This document shows, piece after piece, positions 55,597-64,000 of a stretch of DNA of 64,000 nt. Source of the stretch: Basidiobolus meristosporus CBS 931.73 (taxonomy: Eukaryota; Fungi; Basidiobolomycota); contig MCFE01000460.1 in assembly GCA_002104905.1 (NCBI GenBank), forward strand, positions 7,486-71,485. The letters run 5' to 3'. Each line of letters begins with the position of its first letter. The first letter of the stretch is position 1. The notes under the pieces were generated by a model. It worked only from the letters and a program-made list of their open reading frames with translations, ran no database searches and was not told the DNA's origin. The position numbers were made by a program, and so were the translations under genes.

Positions 55597-56280
55597 TGAA
55601 CTACTATATACATCCTAGGTATTCGCCTCTGATGCATTATCTTTCTACTAATATTCTATACTCGTTTCACCCTTATGACCAATGGATATAAAGTTACCAT
55701 CCTCATTCTCGATGATCATTTCAGAGCTTACGCAGTAGTAGTATGCTGTGTTGTATGAATTCGCCATAAGCTCATTATGCTGAAAACAGTCACTTGCTGA
55801 TACCTATAAATCCAGGCCAATAAATATAGCTCTAGCAAGACAGTATAGCAAATAACCGTGCTTTTGGCACTGCATAACTCAGATTCCATCAGATCTTGAA
55901 GTATTGTGAATTGTATTACGAGTAATCAGCTTGGAACCTAATTGTTCATAAAGCTTAAAGTACTTTCTTGCCTATGAGATCAATGCTCATCTATTGGGAA
56001 AAAATTTCACATCGTATTCACTGATTCTTGGAAATAACAAAAAAACTGAAATTTATCAGATTTTTCTCACTCGCCCAAAAGATACCATATTTTGCACATA
56101 ACTTCCTATGGACTTCCTCTGAGCATTTTGATGATATGCTTTTTAAAGCTCACACTGAAGTGCAAGTATCTTGTTTCAGCTCTATTCATCTGGTGGTGAA
56201 AAATCACAATCACAAATACTTCAAATCGCCTTCTTGATCACACTGCCCCCTATGTAAAATAAGAGTCTTGGGGGGGGGCA

Positions 56281-57348
56281 GGGTTAGGGGGGAGACAGTC
56301 ACCAACAGGTGAAATCTTTATTTCAGTTGAAACAAAGAAGCCAGCACTACTGTTGTAGCTTTGGTACAAGAGTGTGTAGCTGAGGGGAATTTGTAGGTAA
56401 GTTAATAAGAAGTGATGATAGTTCTTCAGTGCTCAAGACACTGTTCAGTGGGAAGGGGGGTAGCAAGAGAGGTAAGAATGACTTGTGAACAACATTAATG
56501 AGGGGAATGTGATAAGGATTGATATTCATCATAAAGGGAGTGTGCTGCTGCAGATATTGCTGCCAGAGGTCTGTCAAGTACTTCAGGTAGGCCAGCTTGG
56601 GTTTTTCTGACTGCAGAATAAATTGAGCAAACTCCTTGACTTCAGGATCTCCAAGTATAGTTCTCCAGCAGGAGTCAGGTGTAGTGTGGTGTGTTCTCTA
56701 CCAGGTCTTAATCAGTGGGTTGTTGCAGTGGTGAAGTCTGAGGTATAATCTGGTTCTAAGGTAGAGAAGTCTGATCTTATAGGGCATAAACCCAAAAGCA
56801 CCAAGAATAGCATGTCTGTAGGGGCATTGAGGCAAATGAGGCACCAGGGAGGTAATGCACCATACTGCAAACTTGTCAAGCTTAGTGCAGTCTCTAGAAG
56901 TAAGAGAGAGAAGTGGTAAGCCAAATTCCAGGACAGGGAAGACACACTGCTTGAGTAGAAGGAGACAGCTGGGAGCTGAAGTTGTAGGAGGAGTAACAGC
57001 CAGTAGCTTGTGGAGTGCCTGTCTTGCCAGGAGGATTCTCTTCTTCAGGTGTGCTCCAGAGTCTAGTCCAGTAGGAAGGAAAGGAAAGCCAAGATATGTA
57101 GCAGAAACCTGAGCAGGTAGAGTGGAGTTCTCCAAGTTGATGGGAGAGCCCAAAGGTACTGTCTTTGCAATGGAAAGCTGGAGATTATTCTTCTGCAGAT
57201 ACTGGTGGATGGTCTGGGAGTCTTGTTGCACATTGGAGGAGGATATTCTGATGTCATCAGCAAAGAGAGTAACCAGGCAGTCAGCTGAGGGTCTTGGGAA
57301 ATCATTCAGGAAGATGGCAAACAGTATAGGACCAAGCACAGAGCCTTG
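56281..57348 (-). mobile_element. Telomere-associated non-LTR (LINE-type) retroelement, family A unit 1: RT C-terminal half, C-terminal region and 3' UTR
   Basis: QGSVLGPILFAIFLNDF, LFADDI and YLGFPF RT motifs. One in-frame TAG at 56698 (AAG in unit 2). The 3' end abuts GGGTTAGGG (56281-56289). The 5' side is cut by a Copia LTR. Confidence 0.88.
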
Positions 57349-60300
57349 TGTTGTAAAAATTTGTATTTCCACCTAAATATTCACCTAACTTAGTCACTTA
57401 GATCAGTACCCTCAAATCCTAGAGAATACTGACCAAATTCCTTGTTGGGATTTACTTAGAATATTTGCCCAGAACATGAAAATTCTCAAAGTTGTCCAAA
57501 CAGCCCCAAACTTTGCACACATGTTCTTGGGACCTTCCTTAACCTATTCCACGTGTTTGTAATGCCAAGACCAGGTAAAAGTATAAATACTACTTTTACA
57601 TTCAATAAATTATTAAGTGAAAACCACATAATCTACTTGTTCTCCCAATCACTTCCAATATCTCCAAGACTCTTACAACAGGTTATGAGCCCCGAGCTGT
57701 CACTCTCTGCAATGTCCACTACTGCTATTACTGGAATTTTTCCCTCTGCTGAAAAGTGGATGGATCTAACTACCAAGTGTGGAAGGTGAAGATGAAGATG
57801 CTGCTACAAGAAAGAGGCCTTTGGGATATTGTCATGGGAGAAGAATGCCCTCCTAAAAATGTGGGGGAGAAAGCCTTAAAGTACCAGAAGAAAGAACAAA
57901 GTGCCTTTAACTGCATTTGCCTTAATGTCAAGGACAAATTGCTAATTCAATGCTCAAGAGCAAAAACGGCAAAGAATGCCTGGAAAGCATTAGAAGACAC
58001 CTACCAGTCATGTTCAGCTGCCAAGAAAATGTATCTGAGAAGAAAATTCTTTACTACAAAGATGCTGCCAGGAGAAGAAATGAAAAATCTAATTAACAGA
58101 ATTACCCTGCTGGTAGATGAGATGGAATCAGTGGGCGTACCAACTACTGATGAGGATGTGATAGTTACCATCCTGAATAGCCTGACAGACACGTTTCAGG
58201 GCCTTGTATCAGCCCTAGAGTCCAGAACTGAAGATTTGACCTTAAATTACGTATATGGAAGGCTCCTGGATGAAGAATTAAGAAAATCAAGCGCTAATAA
58301 GAAGGAAGAAGAAAATGCTTTAATAAGCAATGATAACCAACAAAGAAGGTACCCAAGACTCTACAAAGGCAACAGCAACCTATTTTGCAACTACTGCAAA
58401 AGGAAAGGACACACATCAGACCGGTGTTTCAAAAAGAGAGATTATCAGCAAAAGAAGCCTGAATATGGAAATGCTGCAACAACTGAAGATAGACTATTCA
58501 TATCTGCACTAAATATGACCACAAACAAGGATTCTCAGACGTGGTATATTGACTCTGGAGCATCTCAACACTTTTCACACCAAAAAGAACTTTTTACCCA
58601 ATATCAAGAAATTCCAATTAAGAAGGTTTTCATGGGTGACAATAGAACACTTGATGCAGTGGGAGAAGGAACTATCCAAGTAAACCTTAGAAGCAGTGAA
58701 GGAAGCCATACACTGACCTTTAAAGAAGTACTCTATGTACCAGAAATAGCCAAGAACCTACTCTCTGTAAGCAAGGCCACAGCAGAAGGACTCAGTTTCA
58801 GTTTTGACAATTCTGGATGCAGGATCACTGATCAAAATGGTGCTCATATTGCTTTGGGCATCAGAGATCAGAATCTATACAAGTTGACTTATATTCCATC
58901 ATATCTGGAAGCCAATATAAGTAACTTAAATGAAGAAACACCAATGCTTTGGCACAGGAGATTTGGGCACATCAATTTTGATTATTTGCGCAAAATGATC
59001 AAAGATCAGCTAATTTCTGGAGTGAAAATTGATCCCCCAGCTAATTTGGAGCACTGTGAAGCCTGCATATATGGGAAACAAGCCAGACAACCGTTCAAGA
59101 GCTCTGGGTTAATCAAAACTAAGAAAAAATTAGATCTAATTCACTCAGATCTGTGTGGACCTATGCAAAATTTATCCTTGGGCAGGATGAAGTATTTAAT
59201 CACTTTTATTGATGATTATACAAAATACACATGGGTCTACTTCATGCAGAGAAAGGAAGAAGCTCTGTCTAAGTTCAGGGAGTTTAAAGCCATGGTGGAG
59301 AGAGAAACTGGTGAAAAAATCAAGAAAATATGCTCTGACAATGGTGGAGAATATACCTCAAAACTCTTCATCCACTTCTGCAAAATTCATGGGATAAAGC
59401 AAGAGACTACTGTACCATACTCCCCACAGCAAAATGGAGTAGCAGAACAAGCTAACAGATCAATTACTGATATGGCAAGATCTATGATCCATGATCAAAA
59501 ATTATCCTATGATTTTTGGGTGGAATCAGTTGCCACTGCTGTAAATCTTAAAAATAGGAGTTATAACAGAATAATTTGTGATTCTACTCCATTTGAAGCA
59601 TGGTATGGATACAGACCAAGTGCAGAACATCTAAGAATATTTGGGTGTACAGCATATGCCAAAAAACTGGCCAGAAATCAGTCAAAATTTGAGCCAAAAA
59701 GTGTAAAATGCATATTTTTGGGCTACTGCAATAAGAGTAAGGCATACAGACTCTACAATACCAAAGCAAAGAAGCTGATCAGGTCCAGGGATGTGTTGTT
59801 TGATGAAAATTCAAAATTTTCACAAAAAATGACATCAGATGATGACAAAAATTTGATCTCAAGTCCACAAATTGTCAGGATTGAATCAGAGCAAAACAAT
59901 GAAAATTTTTTCACTCCAGAGGACTCTACAGCCGTGGTTCAGCCAGAATCAGTGCCCAGGAATATCCCAGAAGTGATCATTCCAGTATCAAATGCCCGGA
60001 GATCAAATCGGACAAGAAATAGCCCAAATTACTATATCAATGAGGGTACAAACTTAGCCTATGCCTATTCAGTCCATATTGATGAGCCCAAACTGTAAAA
60101 GAGGCCCTAAATAGCCCTCAGATTAAGTTTTGGAGATCTGCAATGACTGAGGAATATCAGGCCCTGATGGAAAATCAAACTTGGGACTTAGTCAAATTAC
60201 CAATCAACCAAAAATCAATTGGATGCAGATGGGTCTTCAAGACAAAGTACAAGGCTGATGGTACAATTGAAAGATACAAAGCAAGACTTGTAGCCAAAGG

Positions 60301-62014
60301 ATACTCTCAAATAAAAGGACTTGACTATACTGAGACCTTTGCACCGGTAGCCAAGTTTAATTCCATCAGATAAATAAATGGCTATTGCAGCCAAATATAA
60401 GTTTTTTATTCATCAAATGGATGTAAAAACTGCATTTTTGAATGGAGAACTTGATGAGGACGTATATATGGACCAGCCTGATGGGTTTGTTGACCAAGAT
60501 AACCCCCATTTGGTCTGCAAGCTTAAAAAGTCACTATATGGTCTCAAACAATCACCGAGAACCTGGAATTGCAAGATAGATTCTTATTTGGAATCTTTGA
60601 GTTTCAAAAGGAGTAATGCTGACTATAGTATATACTATAAGCCAGATAGAGCAAATCCAGTTCTATTAGCTCTATATGTGGATGATCTTATTATACCCAC
60701 CAATAACCTAGAAACATTGGAAGAGACTAAATCCAGCCTATCTAAGGAGTTCAAATGTCCAATCTAGGAGAACTCAGTTACTACTTAGGGATTAAGTTCT
60801 CCATAGACAGAAGTACCCAGACTATTACCCTAAGCCAATCCAAGTATATTCAAGATATACTAAAGAAGTACAAAATGGAAGACTGTAAACCAGCAGCTAC
60901 CCCAATGGAGACAAACCTTAACCTGGTCAAAACTCAACCAAATCAAGAGAGCTTGGTGCCATCTGAAAGCCCTGACTTTCTTTATCAATCTATGATCAGC
61001 AGTCTGATGTATATCATGCTTGGAACACGTCCAGATATCTCATATTCAGTGGGAGTTGTCAGCCAACATAATCAGAACTATGGATCTGATCATATTGCAG
61101 CAGTTAAGCGGATTTTTAGATACCTAAAAGGAACTGCTGATATTTGCTTAAGATACAATTATAAGGACTCAGAACAAGATCTTGTGGGATACTCTGATGC
61201 AGATTGGGGACAAAATTTGGAAGACAGAAGATCCACCACAGGATACACCTTTCTTTACTGTAAAGGAGCAATTTCATGGAATTCAAGAAAGCAACCAACC
61301 GTAGCACTTTCCACCACAGAGGCAGAGTATATGGCAGCCTGTGAAGCTACAAAAGAAGCAATGTGGTTAAGAAAGCTCTTTACAGATTTAGGCCTATGTC
61401 AAAAAACGCCTATTACTTTATTTCAAGATAATCAAGGATGTATACAATTAGGTAGAAATCCAACTTTTCATGCTAGAACCAAGCACATATATTTAGACAT
61501 CATTTCATACGTGAAGCTATAGAGAGTAACTTAGTTAGCTTAGTTTACTGTCCTACAGATGAAATGATTGCAGACATATTTACCAAACCATTAGCTAGAG
61601 ACAAGTTTGAATATCTTAGGTCAAAATTAGGACTAGTCAGTATGAACATTTAGCTGAGTGGGAGTGTTGTAAAAATTCGTATTTCCACCTAAATATTCAC
61701 CTAACTTAGTCACATAGATCATCACCTTCAAATCCTAGAGAATACTGACCAAATTCCTTGTTGGGATTTACTTAGAATATTTTTCACCAAAATGCCAGGT
61801 ACCCAGAACATGAAAATTCTCAAAGTTGTCCAAACAGCCCCAAACTTTGCACACATGTTCTTGGGACCTTCCTTAACCTATTCTACGTGTTTATAATGCC
61901 AAGACCAGGTAAAAGTATAAATACTACTTTTACATTCAATAAATTATTAAGTGAAAACCACATAATCTACTTGTTCTCCCAATCACTTCCAATATCTCCA
62001 AGACTCTTACAACA
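57349..62014 (+). mobile_element. Inactivated, probably chimeric Ty1/Copia element (LTRs 57349-57680 and 61665-62014)
   Basis: Same gag-PR-IN-RT-RH order. PBS 57681-57692; PPT 61656-61664. Frameshifts or stops near 57765, 60090, 60372, 60755 and 61490. The LTRs differ by an ~18-bp indel and there is no TSD. Confidence 0.95.
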
Positions 62015-62530
62015 AGAACAAAGTGCCTTTTACTGCATTTACCTTAATGTCAAGGACAAATTGCTAATTCAATGCTTAAGAGCAAAAACGGCAAAGAATG
62101 CCTGGAAAGCATTGGAAGACACCTACAAGTCATGTTCAGCTGCCAAGAAAATGTATCTGAGACAAAAATTCTTTACTACAAAGATGCTGCCAGGAGAAGA
62201 ATTAAAAAATCTGATTAACAGAATTACCCTGCTGTTAGATGAGATGGAATCTGTGGGCGTACCAACTACTGATGAGGATGTGATAGTTACCATCCTGAAT
62301 AGCCTGACAGTCAAGTTTCAGGACCTTGTATCAGCCCTAGAGTCCAGAACTGAAGACTTGACCTTAAATTACGTAAATGGAAGGCTCCTGGATGAAGAAT
62401 TAAGAAAATCAAGCGCCAACAAGAAGGAAGAAAAGAATGCTTTGATAAGCAATGATAACCAACAAAGAAGGTACCCAAGACCCTACAAAGGCAACAGCAA
62501 CCTATTTTGCAACTACTGCAAAAGGAAAGG
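62015..62530 (+). mobile_element. Internal Copia gag fragment, broken within the zinc-knuckle codons
   Basis: EQSAF...NLFCNYCKRKG then an abrupt switch to GTTAGGG. Confidence 0.9.
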
Positions 62531-63048
62531 GTTAGGGGGGGAGACAGTCACCAACAGGTGAAATCTTTATTTCAGTTGAAACAAAGAAGCCAGCGCTACT
62601 GTTGTAGCTTTGATACAAGAGTGTGTAGCTGAGGGGAATTTGTAGGTAAGTTAATAAGAAGTGATGATAGTTCTTCAGTGCTCAACACACTGTTTAGTGA
62701 GAAGGGGGGTAGCAAGAGAGGTAAGAATGACTTGTGAACAACATTAATGAGGGGAATGTGATAAGGATTGACATTCATCATAAAGGGAGTGTGCTGCTGC
62801 AGATATTGCTGCCAAAGGTCTGTCAAGTACTTCAGGTAGGCCAGCTTGGGTTTTTCTGACTGCAGAATAAATTCAGCAAACTTCTTGACTTCAGGATCTC
62901 CAAGTATAGTTCTCCAGCAGGAGCCAGGTGTTGTGTGGTGTGTTCTCTTCCAGGCCTTAATCAGTGGGTTGTTGCAGTTGTGAAGTCTGAGGTATAATCT
63001 GGTTCTAAGGTAGAGAAGTCTGATCTTATAGGGCATAAACCCAAAAGC
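62529..63048 (-). mobile_element. Family A LINE unit 2, 5'-truncated (~520 bp)
   Basis: Near-identical to 56281-56799. The ORF C-terminus is open (146 aa). Truncated at CCCAAAAGC and followed by TTAGGGTTAGGG. Confidence 0.9.
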
Positions 63049-63126
63049 TTAGGGTTAGGGGGGAGACAGTCACCAACCGGTGAAATCTTTATTTCAGTTG
63101 AAACATAGAAGCCAGCGCTACTGTTG
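63049..63126 (-). mobile_element. Two TTAGGG repeats plus family A LINE unit 3 (only the last ~66 bp)
   Basis: TTAGGGTTAGGG-GGGAGACAGTCACCAACCGGTGAAATCTTTATTTCAGTTG...GCTACTGTTG. Confidence 0.88.
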
Positions 63127-63646
63127 TTAGGGGGAGGAAAGTCACCAAGTGGTGAAATCTTTATTTACTTATGACAAGTATCTAAAGAAGCCAAGTTAAT
63201 CTGAAGTAATTCCTAGAAAGCTAGGCCTGAGAGATATCTTCCTGGTAAGCCAGGTCTGAGAGTTGAGAAGCTGAGTGGTACTATATTTCCTAGTTAGCTA
63301 GGTCTGAGAGAGGTTTCCTGGAAAGCCAGGCCTGAGAAGTGAGAATCTGAATATATCTGAGCTAAGTTATACTGGTTTGCGGTAGCTGAATTGTGGCCGG
63401 AATGGCCAGTAGACTGGGGGAACTGAGAGGAATTTCTGGGCGATCACTAGCCAAATTTACTAGGCAAATCTGGCCAATTAGCATTTCAAGGATTCCAGCC
63501 AATCAGAGCCTTTACTTTGCCCGATGGTTGATCAGGCCATCTCCCAATGAGCACACATCAATTTATTAATCAAATTTTGCTGGATCCAGGATTTGAACCC
63601 ACAACCATCGGTATGGAAGGGTTAGGGATAACCACAAGGCTAAGTG
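63127..63646 (-). mobile_element. Family B non-coding element (~520 bp): putative tRNA-headed SINE sharing the family A 3' tail, apparently near full length
   Basis: Minus-strand head with A-box-like TAGCCTTGTGG (63642-63632) and B-box GGTTCAAATCC (63599-63589), 32 nt apart. No ORF. The tail shares GTCACCAA..GGTGAAATCTTTATTT..AAAGAAGCCA with family A. Confidence 0.75.
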
Positions 63647-63746
63647 TTAGGGGGGAGGAAAGTCACCAAGTGGTGAAATCTTTATTTACTTATGACAAGT
63701 ATCTAAAGAAGCCAAGTTAATCTGAAGTTTTTCCTAGAAAGCTAGG
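63647..63746 (-). mobile_element. Family B unit 2, 5'-truncated (~100 bp), capped directly by the telomere
   Basis: Near-identical to 63127-63225; ends at CCTAGAAAGCTAGG followed by (TTAGGG)n. Confidence 0.88.
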
Positions 63747-64000
63747 TTAGGGTTAGGGTTAGGGTTAGGGTTAGGGTTAGGGTTAGGGTTAGGGTTAGGG
63801 TTAGGGTTAGGGTTAGGGTTAGGGTTAGGGTTAGGGTTAGGGTTAGGGTTAGGGTTAGGGTTAGGGTTAGGGTTAGGGTTAGGGTTAGGGTTAGGGTTAG
63901 TAGGGTTAGGGTTAGGGTTAGGGTTAGGGTTAGGGTTAGGGTTAGGGTTAGGGTTAGGGTTAGGGTTAGGGTTAGGGTTAGGGTTAGGGTTAGGGTTAGG
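63747..64000 (+). repeat. Telomere, (TTAGGG)n, ~42 repeats, G-strand oriented toward a right chromosome end
   Basis: Perfect hexamer array to the window end, with one variant (TTAGTAGGG) at 63897-63905. Confidence 0.98.

Noticed and set aside
56260-56271. 12-nt match (TAAGAGTCTTGG) to the Copia LTR end just before the first telomeric unit
   Set aside because: Too short, and it lacks the TGTTG terminus; could be chance.
57349-57372. Apparent N-terminus MEIQIFTT of the telomeric RT ORF
   Set aside because: It is read from the reverse strand of the Copia LTR and is not part of the LINE.
63127-63746. Direct repeats with intervening sequence as a CRISPR-like array, or the head as a functional tRNA gene
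   Set aside because: Eukaryotic telomeric context with nested truncations of one unit rather than unique spacers. The head lacks a pairing acceptor stem and D-stem, so it is tRNA-derived at most.

Overview
This is the right-hand end of a chromosome from an intron-rich fungus. The gene style suggests an early-diverging lineage, but the taxon cannot be fixed from sequence alone. About 16 host genes lie between 4 kb and 55.6 kb: V-ATPase c subunit, DBR1, a Zn2Cys6 factor, SmF, cytochrome b561, ceramide synthase, a membrane-anchored class II cAMP phosphodiesterase, an atypical kinase, MSI1/RBBP4, ATG1, KTI12, an MBOAT acyltransferase, three secreted orphans and one other orphan. One Ty1/Copia family (~350-bp LTRs, Ty5/copia-type half-tRNA primer site) is present as several dead, nested and recombined copies. 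The window ends in ~42 TTAGGG repeats. The most notable structure is 56.3-63.7 kb: a polarised head-to-tail array of retroposed units, all with 3' ends toward the centromere and each joined by only 1-2 TTAGGG repeats. Three units are 5'-incomplete pieces of a LINE-type RT element. Two are copies of a non-coding ~520-bp element with a tRNA-like A/B-box head that shares the LINE's 3' stem-loop and CCCTAAC tail. I interpret this (inference) as a telomere-targeted LINE plus partner SINE that extends or heals chromosome ends alongside telomerase. All calls were made by eye; no database searches were run.
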